From the NCBI RefSeq assembly GCF_023055435.1, contig NW_025963791.1, positions 17,794,001 to 17,858,000 of the forward strand: a stretch of DNA of 64,000 nt. The letters are read 5' to 3'. The stretch is from Haliotis rufescens (taxonomy: Eukaryota). The notes under the pieces were generated by a model, which was given only the letters and a program-made list of their open reading frames with translations, did no database searches and was not told the DNA's origin. Positions 10,969 to 24,564 of this stretch are shown here, piece after piece. The first letter of the stretch is position 1, and every line of letters starts with the position of its first letter. The position numbers and the translations under genes are program-made.

Positions 10969-13927
10969 ACTGCCAAAGAGATTATTATTACAATGCTGAC
11001 ACCAGAGACTGTCAAAGCTGTGCCCATCTGTGCCACCAGGCTGAGGTACGAGGGACGTTGCAGAAGTGTGGAGACTTATGTCCGGGTAAATGAAAATATA
11101 AGTGTGAAAATATTGTCCTAAACTCTAATATTCGGTCGTTCGTGAGTTAGTGAGTTAGTGAACACTATTTCAGTTATGCCGCGGCGTGTCAGCTCTATGT
11201 TGGCGGAAGCCACATTGTTTAAATCTACTAACACGGGTATGGTGCTGACAAACCTAGGAACATAATCACAGCGGATCAGGATTGACATCCCCAAGAGACG
11301 GAAGTATGGTACAACGATTTGTGGCGCTTATAAATATAGTTTGTATCTTCCAATTTTCTTTAGGTGATGAGGCGACATGTTTTAAAACAATCATAAAGTG
11401 ATATTGATGACATATTCCAGTTCCGGTTACAAACCAGTTCCCACACCGAACTACGGAGAACATGAAGACAACTGTCACGATAAGGATTCCAGATGGTGTA
11501 ACTGTGCACGATGGTAACTATGATGTTTAACGTCTGTAGACAACCAATTAAATCGTATGTTGAAATATGAAAGACAAAATCACATACACATCGGTGTGAT
11601 GACGATAACGGCAAGTTTTGGGGAAGTGGTGTTTGTGTCTTCAGGACGTACTGGCCATACGAAATGGACAATTTGGATAAATATTCTGATTCAGACACAT
11701 TGTGCAAACGATTCTGCATATTTACCTATTAAAGACGCTAAGGCGAACATGACACTGGAGCTGTACAGTAGAAACGTTTGCGAATCGTGCGATGCGTGGA
11801 GGCTATTAACTGAGTCTGTATGGCAAATATCATATATCAAGAATTACAATTTCATCTCATTCATCGCATCGAAGCACGGAACGGATAGGTAGTCACTGTA
11901 TGTGACATATAAAACGGATTGTGATACCACAATTATCTCACCTATGTCAAAACTTTGTTTACCAGGTTCCCCTCATGTTGTTGTCGTGGTCTGTCTGATG
12001 TCAGTTGTCCTGACCTTCCTGGTGGTACTGATGGTAGCTGTTGCCATTGCCTGGGGAAGGAGAAAGAAAAAGCAACAGAGACAAAGAATAACAGTTAACT
12101 ACCGACACAGGGATACAACCGAAGATGGTATACTTTTGATAATTCTCATGTTGAAACAACTATCGTAATGCCATGTCTTATCTTAAATCTCATGTATTTG
12201 GAATTAATTAACAAATTCGGCGTGATTAAATTTCCACACCTAACAATTATCAGATGAATGGTTCTGCTAAATATCCGAAAGGAAGAATTGAAAAGTCTAA
12301 GTGTCCACTTGAACATGTACCTGCAAATAAAAGAGACAAACCCCTCTCAAAAATCATAATAAATCTCTGATAAAAGCAGATTCCAACTTTATCATAAACA
12401 TGTGTTTATGAATAACTATATATAGTGATCATACTAAGCGTTCACGAAAAGGTCACCACCGGTGGCACCCGTCACAAACACATGCAACGGCAAGTCAATT
12501 ACCTGAAAAATCGTGTGAACATATGGCACAATTCAAAACAGGGAACTGCATCGAATCGAGTCGTATGACGCTCTTTGAAATCTTTGTTGTGAAAGGCAGA
12601 AACCCTATAGCTATAGCTGCAGAAATATTGCTCGACATAAAGGGAAAGTTGGAATCATTCCTCTAGTCATACAGTCTTGTGGATGGTCAAATTTTGATAT
12701 TTTGCTTAATGTATACAAGCTCTCCCAAATTAGTTGGAAGTACAAATTATACTCGACAGGTTTGAGATAATTAACATTGTCCAGAAGGAACGTTCGTACC
12801 CCAAATGTAAAGTGATGCTACAGTGATGCAATTCGATTTGGTATGGTGCAGCTCAGTGACATCACATTTGTTAAAAAAACATGATGCTGACATATATAGT
12901 AGACGTACAATGTTTTTGTGAACTTCGTGTGGCAAACGTAATACAATGATGCTGACCAGAGTTACCTCCCCTGAACCAGCATTTGACTGTGATTATTCAT
13001 ATAAAGTGAGTGAGTGAGTTAACAATTAACGTCACAACGTCATGTCGTGACGAGACCAATTTACATATTAAGAAGATATACATTTATAGTTTATAAAACC
13101 TGTAAAACAACTACAGATCCATAAAATTAAATATATAAGAGTCACACAAGACGCGGTGTATAATACACTTTTCTTTATTTCAGACACAGAAGAAGCCTTT
13201 AGAGAAGAGCCAACCTCCAATATCAGCATGTTGTCATGATAATTTATCATCTTCTAACAAGGTGGTGTCTCTTTAACATGGGCATGTATAGTACAATCAT
13301 GATGATTTAATATCATTCAGCAAGTGTTTTAATTACCAAACCTTATCATTCATCATTTTCTGTCAGTGTATGTCCATAAACATCTTTATTCTGAGATATA
13401 CGTCCATCATATAGCAATGTAAATATCGCCATCATTATTCAACTGTTTGAATCAATGTTTTTCAATGTTCTTTTTTAACATTTATAATAAAATGGTAATC
13501 ATGCAAAGTACTTTATGAATGTCATTTAGACTTTTGTGTACAATACTGCAATAAACATTCAACAGCATTTATCATCTATTTATTTTGCTGTGTTCATCTT
13601 CAACATTTATATTAATGTCATATCTTTCAACACATTGCTGGCAATCTTCAAAATGTTACATGTGTACTTCATCATGAAAAAAAACTGCAATTATCAACAA
13701 ATGATCATCATGATAGAAAAAGTTTTTAGATGTGTGTGGAATAATAAATACAAATAAAAGCTTATCAGTTGCAAACATGTGTATGTCATTTATTAACTGT
13801 GCAAACTGTTTTGTGATAGTATTTATGTAAATTTATGAAAATTATATTGTAGTTTCTTGATTTAGGTGAACTTTCGGACAAGTGTGCCTCTGTCAAAACA
13901 CATTGCATGGGCAATGAAAACGTGTGA
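10969..13927 (+). CDS. Receptor gene 3: CRD-stalk-TM-tail, first exon uncertain or disrupted
   Basis: Exons 10969-11085 (DCQRDYYYNADTRDCQSCAHLCHQAEVRGTLQKCGDLCP), 11421-11513 (stalk VPVTNQFPHRTTENMKTTVT...), 11966-12127 (TM VVVVVCLMSVVLTFLVVLMVAVAIAW then RRKKK), probable last exon 13866-13927 (GELSDKCASVKTHCMGNENV*). Start unresolved: ATG 10857 read-through, a mini exon ATGAAAG|gt at 9689-9695, or a decayed exon 1. Confidence 0.7.
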
Positions 13928-14514
13928 CGGAAACGGCAAAAAACTACTTTGAACACTTGACAATTATATGGACCATTACAAGGGTCTTCACGATCGTTGT
14001 CATCCAGATTGCATATATAGGCAAGAAGAACACTTTCACCAGACTAAAACTGCTTTGAGACTTCTAACGGTAAGCCTAGATCATGAATGGGATTTCTCAA
14101 AATAACCACGGCAATCGGTTCCTACAGCATATGCCGCCTAAGGTTACAGTTGTCTGGTCGTAGGGAACATATGTTTGAAATACAATTACAAAATACATGC
14201 TACAGAACTCACAGTATAACGTTACTGTGTTGCCGAAATTCTATTATTGATTGTCCTATTCATTCCTCGATAGATGACGAATTGACGCAATGGGAAACGT
14301 TTGCCACACGAGAGGGTATCCCTATCCACCTGACACGTAGTTTATTCACGGCAATCCGTGGCACGATTCAGCAGACTTTAATTTAGTAAGCTAGTGGTTT
14401 CATGTGCATTGAAACAAAATACTCTCCTGAATTTGTTTCAGTTATCACTTTCATTTGAGATATAACAAGCTTCTGAAAGAATCAATACCGTTAGCCAATG
14501 CGACGCTTTGTTAT

Positions 14515-14870
14515 GATAATAATAAGTCCATTTATACTGCGCCAGATTCCATTCACCAACGCAATGCTCATGGCGCTACATAGTTGTAGCAAATAATGCT
14601 AATGAAAGGGGAGTAGAGTTGATAGTATTGTCTGAAAAGGTATGTTTCAGATGAGCCTTAAAGGATGAATGCGATGGCGACAGCTTATGATCAGATGGAA
14701 GTTTGTTCCATCGCGAGGAATCGCAGAACTGGAAAGATCTCTGACCAAAGGTTTTGGGACGGGTTTCCGGGACTTGTAACATGTGTTTTTTCTGAGAATG
14801 GAGAGACCTGGAAGGCTGGTATTTAGGCAGTAGTTTGATTAGGTATAATGGGGCTGTTTCCATTTCCATG
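14515..14870 (-). mobile_element. L2/CR1-like LINE 3' end
   Basis: APLYLIKLLPKYQPSRSLHS...LQVPETRPKTFGQRSF...WNKLP...SFKAHLK is the typical L2 ORF2 C-terminus. Related 3' end at ~54270-54490 (+). Confidence 0.7.
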
Positions 14871-14945
14871 TTTATGATACCACTTTACGTCTGTCACGTG
14901 GGTACTACTACAAACTAAGCATCTTCTCAGTTCGATTCACACGCA

Positions 14946-16589
14946 ATGTACGTCAAATACGTCGAATTGGAACTTTGGCCGTCCTTGCTCACCTGGGTAT
15001 CGGAAAGCAGACCAAGCTGCAAACCCGAAGAGTACTTCGACATTGCAACACATGCTTGTCAGCCGTGTTCATGTCAATGCGTTAGTGAAACCGATTTGTC
15101 ATGCCCTGTGTGGATCAACGAAGGCACATGGAGCTCACACAATGAATTTCATCACTCACAAGATTGGAATCATTATTGCTGTTCAGACCAGTCATATTTG
15201 ATATATATAGAATACCATAATACATTTTCGTGCTAATGGGCTGATTGTTGATGTTTAGGGGCGGTTGTGTTTTTATAAACGTTGTAATTATGACATGTTT
15301 GCTATTTTTTTCTGAAATTGAAAGTGTTTTGTGATACATATTGTACTGCAGCCTGCCAGACAGACTTCTACTACGACGTGGCGTGGGAGATTGAGTTGTG
15401 CGAGTCTGTACCAACAGGCTGAGGGCAACAAATACTGTCTTTGTTTGTGGTTTAACGCCGCACTCAGGAATATTCCAGTTATATGACGGTGGTCTGTAAA
15501 CAATCAGTGATTGACATCATGAGCATCACATCACGCAATTGGGATACGATGATATGCCATCAACCAACTCACCGAATCTGACCCCCATCAGTTTTATCAC
15601 CTCTTACGACAATAATAAGTTGAGGTTTATATTCTCACATGGAATTCAAAAGTGGAGTTTCATTTTGTGTAACAAGATGCTTTTACAATTAAATAAACTA
15701 ACCAATCATTCATTCATATTGTTTGCAGTTGGAACGTCAGAGAGGACTGAACCAAGACGTAGTACACCAGTCCTTACCACGTCAAATCAAGCATTGACCT
15801 CACAGAGAATGAGAAAAGGTAAAGCTTCCCAATTCCATTGCATATTATGAGCCATTCGTTTGCATTCATTGCCCTCCAGTAGATACTGATTCAGACTGGA
15901 ATTCAAATAAGAACAGATCACATAATTAATTAGCTTCCATGCTTGGTAATGTAAAAATTGTAAAAGAAATTGAATAATATGATATATTTCATAAATAACC
16001 GTTTTATATAAATGAGCTGGCAACATCAACAATGTATCCATACATATCGTGATATTGAAATGAAAATGAAGATTTTTAAATGATTGAAATGCATCATCTA
16101 AAGCCATCTTCTGATATACACTCATACAGGTCTATATAAACATTGTATGGTCGTTTTGTGTGTGCAGATAGACATAAGTCAAGCATAGCAGTGGTCATAG
16201 CTGGGGTAGACGTCTTGGTTATCTCAGTGTGTGGCATTATTGCGTTTGTAAAGAAGCAATTGAAGCAACAGTGGCACCGTGTTATATATACAATTGCTGC
16301 TTCTGTAGATACAGGTGGGCAATCCAGAAATTTAAGGGCATTGGTTATTACCTATAGCCAAGAAAATTGTTTATATTTGATGTTTTCGTGTGTCGCATCA
16401 GTCATTTTACAAAAGTTAGAAATAAGTACTCAAATTAAGACACGGTTAAGATACTGTGTTTGTGTTTGTCTCATTAAATTCATTACATAATCTACATTTC
16501 ATATTTACATTTTGATGCAAAATCACACATTGCCGGTTTATGATCATTATTATGATTTTTATTATTATCATTATTATTAGTAGTAGTGT

Positions 16590-16646
<57 letters not shown>

Positions 16647-16818
16647 GATGAGTCAATGAGTGTATATAAACTATATATCCACTTGTCAACACATTAAACA
16701 TGAATGAAGGCTAATTGTTTCTAGAGGGCCATATAAATTTTATTTTTAAATCTCTGCAGTGCAAACGTTAGTTCAACCGGACGTTGAAAATGTGTTAATA
16801 TGTGAAAGTAGAGCGTAA
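14946..16818 (+). pseudogene. Receptor gene 4: two-CRD paralog, probably pseudogenised
   Basis: Exon 1 MYVKYVELELWPSLLTWVSESRPSCKPEEYFDIATHACQPCSCQCVSETDLSCP (shortened CRD, no canonical G|GT donor). CRD2 at 15352 (CQTDFYYDVA..frameshift..SCASLYQQAEG) is cut by a SINE-A fragment at ~15440. Stalk 15729-15818, TM 16168-16314 and last exon 16760-16818 remain in frame. Confidence 0.7.
16578..16645. repeat. (TAG)n microsatellite in last intron of gene 4
   Basis: About 20 tandem tag units preceded by (att)n-like units. Confidence 0.9.
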
Positions 16819-18000
16819 ATCGAATATTGCATTACGAACCAAGTCAGTTTGTGTGTTACATGTAGGTATTGGGTCTCTTAAACATGGGAATTCCTGTTAA
16901 GAATGCTAGCAACCGGTGCTTGTCTGAAAAGCGAATAAATAGTATCGTCACCCCAATAGCGTGGAGCGATGCTCATGATCAAACAACGGATCTGCTGGTC
17001 TAGATTCGACTACTTACAAACCGGCGTTGACAAACGCGACACCCAATTATGATTGTGTTTATGATAGTTGGCGATCAAGCAATGGATGACTAGAGAATCC
17101 TTGTCAGTTCCATCACACATTTATTCATCATGTGAGTCACATCTGTCGACAGTTAAGTTATACTGATGCCAGTTTTTCAAATATTTAGATAAAATAAAAT
17201 GCATTTCGATGCATTTTACAAAATTGGGAAGAACGTCTAATAACCAGTGTATTGTGACCTTACCTTTGTAGAGTTGTATAGTTTAATACGCATGTCTGTG
17301 TTTACATTTGTGATTATGTTTGTGTGTGTACGTTTTATGTAATTGGGAAAACAGAAGACAATTTGCGTATATGTCATGGTATAATTTCCGCAATCTAAAT
17401 TGCGAAAACACACAGTACAAAGACAAACCTGTTCATTTCCTGGAAAGAATAGAACATGAGTGAAACCAACCATTCCTAGATTAATCGATATGAATCTATA
17501 TGACCTGAAATGTTTAGTTTATACTAAAGCAAATGAGAATAACCCATACAGTACTACGAAGAGTTCATTTTGAATCACACACTGAGTTTATTCACAGAAC
17601 TAGCGATGCAGTTTACGCACATATATCGCCATGCGCCACACAGAAATATGAACTGACTAATTTACAGATAGTGCATGCCGGGATAAGTTCCCTTGACTTA
17701 CTTACAGGTAACAACAGTGAACTAACAGTATATGTATATGTGACAGTCAGGAACGTGAATCATGATGTTGATTGTGTGACGAATCGGGTATATACTGTTG
17801 CATCACACCTGACCGACGGCGAATCTGTTTTGAATGTAGGTGTGAAATACAACACAAATTGTAACACACGAAACTGTATTTGTATACAAGACCATAAGAT
17901 TCACAGAACATGTGTATTGCACATATTGTTTTGCACAGATATATTCTATATTTTATGAAACTACACGTGTTGTTTGAGTTCATCTAATATCATCTTCCGT

Positions 18001-20616
18001 AACTATTCTGGGTTAGAGTATGTCCCCAGCGTCCTATGCTAGTCGAAAGAGGCGACTAAATGACTTGGGTGGTCAGACTTGGTTGAATATTCGTCATCAT
18101 AAACAGTCGGTGTGAGACGTTGCTCATAGTATCAATTATTGGTTTGTCACCTGACCTACTTTCACGCATCAGCGAATTCGAATCATCTCTACGTAGTGTG
18201 TTGTTGTGTGTCGTGTTGCAATATACAAGGGGTCTTTCGCAATGAGCAGACTGAATCATCGTTATATCGACCGTACAAGTATATGTAAAGGTTATATTGA
18301 CGATTCAGAGTATTGACTTGATGCTATTATGTCTTTTGTGTGTGTCAGAAGAGCGTCCAGAAGGAATATACAACATGCCCTTTACAAAACACTGAAGCAG
18401 GACAAGGGAATGGATTTTAATAACGTAATTAGCATACACATATGAAAACTGAGGTAAATAATTAGGCCAAAAGACGGCAAATCCCAACAACCCATTCCTT
18501 GTCCTAAGAAGCGACTTAATGGATCAGGTGGTCAGGATCGATATGACATTGTTTGATTGCGTGTCACTGTACCCAGTGGCGTAGTTAGATGGATTACTCA
18601 CCAGATTGTCTGGTTCAGATTCGATTATTTACTGGTTGCCATCAAAAACAATAAACATTTGATGTGATGTGTCTAGCTGTGGATTACGTCAAACATGAGA
18701 ATTTCTTTTGTAACATCGGACAGGTATAAGGAAAAGCGGAAAAAATCAAATGCAAATGTAGAACGTCAAGGCTAAAGAAAACAATAACTATTAGCAGTCT
18801 CGATTATCTGCCGAAACACATTCCAGTTGACGTAAAAGGCAAAATAATGATGAAAATTACTAGTATTCAGCAGACACTTATTAATTCCTATTCCTTATGA
18901 AGTGTTTCACATGTAGCTTCGATTTCTTACAAATAGTAAAATAGTATCATATATTACGGCAATCATTATCATCTATTTAGATAGTTTAACAAATCAAGAG
19001 CTATACATTTGCCCTAAACAATATATGTGTAATATCAAATTGTCTAAACATAACTTAGCTGACATACTCAAATGGATCGTAAACGATAAAACTCAATGGA
19101 ATAAGATATCGCTATCAATTGAACCGTAAATTGAATGTAACCAGACGCTCATGCATGGTCCAATCTGTAATTAACAACATACAATTCATACAACTATTCT
19201 GGGTTAGAGTATGTCCCCAGCGTCCTATGCTAGTCGAAAGAGGCGACTAAGTGAATTGGGTGGTCAGACTTGGTTGAATACACGTCATCATAAACCGACG
19301 GTGTGAGACGTTGCTCATAGTATCAATTATTGGTTTGTCTTGTCCAGACGCGATTATAGACATCACGTTGAGGCACCTTAAGCCACTGTATACGTATATA
19401 CGTCAGCAGTACTGAAAAAAACAACTAAAAACCAAGAAAGGTGTGTTTATTGAATGTGTGATGAATTGACCATAAATGATAAAATACTTAGCCTAACTAT
19501 ACGGAGTAGCATAAACAACCGTCGTACATTCTGCCAAGTCATAATTTCCATGTTTTAAACGTTTACAAACGAGGGGAATGTCACCTGACCTACTTTCACG
19601 CATCAGCGAATCATCTCTACGTAGTTTGTTGTTGTGTGTCGTGTTGCAATATACAAGGGGTCTTACGCAATGAGCAGACTGAATCATCGTTATATCGACC
19701 GTACAAGTATATGTAAACTGACGATTCAGAGTATTGACTTGATGCTATTAGGTCTTTTGTGTATGTCAGAAGAGCGTCCAGAAGGAATATACAACATGCC
19801 CTTTACAAAACACTGAAGCAGGACAAGGGAATGGATTTTAATAACGTAATTAGCATACACATATGAAAACTGAGGTAAAATAATTAGGCCAAAAGACGGC
19901 AAATCCCAACAACCCATTCCTTGTCCTAAGAAGCGACTTAATGGATCAGGTGGTCAGGATCGATATGACATTGTTTGATTGCGTGTCACTGTACCCAGTG
20001 GCGAAGTTAGATGGATTACTCACCAGATTGTCTGGTTCAGATTCGATTATTTACTGGTTGCCATCAAAAACAATAAACATTTGATGTGATGTGTCTAGCT
20101 GTGGATTACGTCAAACATGAGAATTTCTTTTGTAACATCGGACAGGTATAAGGAAAAGCGGAAAAAATCAAATGCAAATGTAGAACGTCAAGGCTAAAGA
20201 AAACAATAACTATTAGCAGTCTCGATTATCTGCCGAAACACATTCCAGTTGACGTAAAAGGCAAAATAATGATGAAAATTACTAGTATTCAGCAGACACT
20301 TATTAATTCCTATTCCTTATGAAGTGTTTCACATGTAGCTTCGATTTCTTACAAATAGTAAAATAGTATCATATATTACGGTAATCATTATCATCTATTT
20401 AGATAGTTTAACAAATCAAGAGCTATACATTAGCCCTAAACAATATATGTGTAATATCAAATTGTCTAAACATAAATTAGCTGACATACTCAAATGGATC
20501 GTAAACGATAAAACTCAATGGAATAAGATATCGCTATCAATTGAACCGTAAATTGAATGTAACCAGACGCACATGCATGGTCCAATCTGTAATTAACAAC
20601 ATACAATTCATACAAC
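18001..20616. repeat. Recent tandem segmental duplication (~1.2 kb + ~1.4 kb)
   Basis: 18001-19191 and 19192-20616 both start aactattctgggttagagtatgtcccc and are near-identical. Copy 1 lacks ~250 bp present in copy 2, with tgtc microhomology at the deletion. Confidence 0.9.
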
Positions 20617-20887
20617 ACAGTTCTGATATCCATGGACTTTGTAGTGTCGAAATAATGACATACATTTTTCACAATTTATTAAATGATCACATATTGGATT
20701 TAAGTACTCTAGATTATTTTTTATCAAAGTACCTCCGATCATACCCGCATTCCGATTGATTTGTCGTATTTCCCACATACATTGACCGACAGGGGTACGA
20801 GTATTCGTGCAGGGTTCGGAAAGGGGCGGGACGATATTGGATCACCTCATAACATGCGCATGCGTCTAAACAGTTATGAACGATGGT

Positions 20888-20919
20888 GGGGAATACCCGG
20901 CTGTGGTAGGGGAATACCC
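20888..20919 (+). promoter_or_regulatory. Tandem kappaB-like sites upstream of gene 5
   Basis: GGGGAATACCC at 20888-20898 and 20909-20919. GC box ggggcggg at ~20823 and gataaaa at ~20929, ~180 bp before ATG 21098. Confidence 0.5.
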
Positions 20920-21097
20920 GCGCAGGTAGATAAAACTTTCATGTCAGAATGAAGTGTAGTCACTCTTTTGCTGTCGTCCAAGGAGGCAACAATATCGGTC
21001 CCGACATCCTGCACACTGTTCCTCACACAGCTAGCGGGATCACTATTAGTTGTCTTGAGGCTTACAGGACCGAGTTTGAAAACGGATAAAATCCAAC

Positions 21098-23113
21098 ATG
21101 GCTGATCACCTTTCCTTCCTAGGATGTGGAGTACTGCTTATTTGGTATATTGCCGAATCGAGCTGTAAGCCGACTTGTGGAAAGGAGTTGTACCTCGATG
21201 AGGCTACAGGCAACTGTGACCATTGTAGTGATATCTGTCAACACGCTGTAATCCAGAAAACAGTTGACAAGTGCCACAACAAGTGTCCAGGTCAGTGTGC
21301 CATTTCACCGTATCTACATGTAAAGACCTTTAGGAACAGAACCTTTATGTGTCTTTCTAGTATCTTCTGCAAGTACTGGTGTTGACCGTAAGACCATTTT
21401 TCAAAATGATAAAGTGTTAATGTTGAATGACTCTTCATGTATATCGCTAACACGTTGGCGGACTCGTGAGACCAATATCGAAGAATAACATACATTTATG
21501 TTTGGCGTATTAAATTTGTCGCTTAGTTTACAGATATAATATTGACACATATGAAACCGATTACTACATTACGGTGTATTATGATTTATCAACCTAAATG
21601 TTCGAATATAATTATAGAAATCACACATTTGTATATATTGAATGTGAGGGCTTTACACCAGCTTACAGATGCTATGAACACAGTGATGGTAACGTGACAT
21701 ATATTGGTTTCAACGTTCCCCTGTTCTCTAAGGTTACCTCGAGGCTGTCAACGAAAGGCCGTGCCTATCCACGCAGTACTATGACGTAGTAGTTGGGCGA
21801 TGCGAGGAGTGTGACGCGTTATGCAGACACGCCCAGCAGACAGGCCAACAGGAACAGTGCAACCGACATTGTCCAGGTAAATGATTCACGAGTCTTCTTT
21901 TAATAGATGAAAGTAAAGAGTTATGTTGCCGATAATAGTATTCCTTATGAGAATTCAGGGATAAAGAATCTGTTTGTGTATATATTTAATCTACAGCTCA
22001 AATCTGAATTTTGTCATCGTGGAGGCGTTTGTTTTTTTCATGTCAAGGTGATGTCAGTCGTAAATATTATATTATTCCATTGGAAGAATTTGCTGTCTTC
22101 GTAATATAACAATATATATGAATATATATCATCAAACGTGTCTTATTCGCTGTGGTCGTACATTTTATTACAGAATGGACAACTGCAAATGTTTATGGCA
22201 TTAGTGCAACTACCTTCACGTCATATTATGCAAACGGATCAACAGAGCCTGAAGGACATACGTCAGTAGGCAGTCGTCGTAAGAATCTTTTTTATAACGT
22301 TATCTTCGAATTTGTTAACCGTTCTGTAATTGTTTGACTATATGACTATATCAGTAGTTATAATACTTACTGTGGATGTTATTTACAGGAATTACTTTTC
22401 ATTAGCAGCAAATAAAGAGGTAGTTTGGTTTTCCTTGCCCTGAAGATCTGATTATTTTCCATCGCAGATAATATTCCGCTGATTGTCCTCGGAAGCTTAG
22501 CTGTGGTAGTTGCTGTTGTAATGATGGCCATTGTGATACACAAGATAAGACCTGAACTGTCCAGACGAATTACCCACAGACTGACCAAGGCAAAATGCAC
22601 CAAGAGTGGGACACAAGAGCACGGGCAGGCACAGGAGGAAATGCAGAGATTAAGTGAGGGAAATTTATGTAATTTGTTTATCAGGAACATAACCAATCCA
22701 GCAATCTTTTTTTTTCTCTGGAACTAGGAGGTTATCTGTTTATCAGACAATATATATGTCCGATGGTAATGAGAATATATTTTGTCTACAATGAAGCATT
22801 TGTACACCAAATAGCATTTATAAAGTGAATAGACCTCTTGCTTATGAATATCAACTATAAAATATTGTAGTAATGTTCAATATACTTTTACGCTAACAGA
22901 CGAAATAGTCTATCTAATTGTGACTTTTGTATGACCGTATTAATATGTCGTTCATATCTGTTTATGCAAACACATTTATCAAAAGAAACAACTCTTTACT
23001 TAACCACAATTATATAATTTTACATTATGATGATATTCATCTCTGCATTCCTTACTGCAGGTGTTCCTGAAAACGAAAGACCCTCGCCTCCTGCACCTGA
23101 CCTAAACACATAG
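21098..23113 (+). CDS. Receptor gene 5: signal peptide + two CRDs + stalk + TM + tail
   Basis: Exons 21098-21290 (MADHLSFLGCGVLLIWYIAESSCKPTCGKELYLDEATGNCDHCSDICQHAVIQKTVDKCHNKCP), 21733-21876 (GYLEAVNERPCLSTQYYDVVVGRCEECDALCRHAQQTGQQEQCNRHCP), 22174-22278 (stalk), 22468-22653 (TM IPLIVLGSLAVVVAVVMMAIVI ...QAQEEMQRL), 23061-23113 (SVPENERPSPPAPDLNT*). Confidence 0.88.
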
Positions 23114-24067
23114 CTGTCTGCATTGTCAACGCTCATTCAGCTGCTGATCAGCTGTTGTAGCAGTCTGACATTGATATGACTGACTGATTTGGTGACAGTG
23201 TTATACGCAGTGATAAGAGCGCACAATATTCGGTGCTGAAAATACACAGGGCAAGATTCAACACTTCCTCGTCATGGCGCAGAATCATGCCTAACATCCG
23301 AGAAAGGATTAGAAGGAGAGAATATCTCTGGATAAAGGCCTCGTTGTTGTTCAAGACCGCCCCAAATCCAATAACCTCTGTTACTTTGTATGGTCAATGT
23401 CCCCAAAATGGAAATGCAACTCAGGCTTGAAAAAAGTGACCCACGATGTTTATATGGCGGTATTACCAAACGAAAGTAACCCAAGCAATATATAATTTCT
23501 GACAGGTCTTTAACGCGAGGACAAGTCAAACGGTGTAAACGTGCTCTACATGTACATGCTATTGTATAACTAATCTACCTTTGACACGATTGCCAGTCAA
23601 ACGGTATACAGATGCACTGCATACATACGATTGATAGGGCGAAACCGCATTATCAGTGGTTCAAGGGAGGTCACTCTATCTCACTCCATCGGACGGGCAA
23701 AGTGGGCCCACATTCGAAACTAAGGAACTCAGTAGACTTTAAATTAAATATATCTACCAAATTGATTACTTAAAAACTCAATCTAAGAGTCACTTATTCA
23801 CTCAAAATGCATGAAATAGTATCAATAAAGTAAAACAATAGCAAACGACACGAACACTTGCCCCGCGAAACTAGGACGTAGGCTCATTAATATTCATGAG
23901 GGTATTCCTTTTGTGGAACAGTTCCCACGCTATCTATGACGCCATTGGTTGAGATTTTGACCTTTGACGTCATAGATAGGGGTCATATGCTAATCGCTTT
24001 ACTACGTCTGCCGATTTTTTACTACGGAGAGTTCTCTGGGAATATCATCACGCCCTAATTATGGGAC

Positions 24068-24562
24068 ATGGAAGAAATTCGAGAATGTTGCGTTAATTTA
24101 ACGTGTGTCAAGAGTCTTCGTGTTTGTAATTCTGAGTTCTGGCTAAAGAGGAGTTACCCTATCTTCAAGAGTAAGGAGAGATTCTGTAATTTTTGTGGAT
24201 TCACATCTCAAGAAAACTGTGCCCCAATTGAAGATTATCAGGAAGATGAGGTAAATGAACACTTATATTCACATGGATTTAAACCACTCTTTCCTGAGCA
24301 TGATTTGGATGTTCTGTGCTATTACAAGTACCAACTAAGGCAAAAGAAGACCTTCAACAAAAGGAGATATAAAAGAAATACTTTGAATGCTGTTTTTTAT
24401 ATGAACAGACTAAATTTGAAATTCTACATCCATCAGACATTTAGATACCCACCTAAGAACACAATTGAATTCACTATCCGGACACTTTTAACCAAATATC
24501 TGAGTGGATTTCGGGAAAAGTATCATGAACTTGGCGCTTGTTTTTGTGTGTGTTATTCATAA
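24068..24562 (+). CDS. Unknown 164-aa ORF inside the Merlin element
   Basis: Uninterrupted ORF with gacATGg start, Cys clusters (CCVNLTC, FCNFC) and a basic NLS-like stretch (RQKKTFNKRRYKR). No family recognised. Confidence 0.45.
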   Translation: MEEIRECCVNLTCVKSLRVCNSEFWLKRSYPIFKSKERFCNFCGFTSQENCAPIEDYQEDEVNEHLYSHGFKPLFPEHDLDVLCYYKYQLRQKKTFNKRRYKRNTLNAVFYMNRLNLKFYIHQTFRYPPKNTIEFTIRTLLTKYLSGFREKYHELGACFCVCYS

Positions 24563-24564
24563 TC

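Noticed and set aside
16492-16701. Poly-Thr/Asn mucin-like ORF on the minus strand
   Set aside because: Translation of the (TAG)n/(ATT)n microsatellite.
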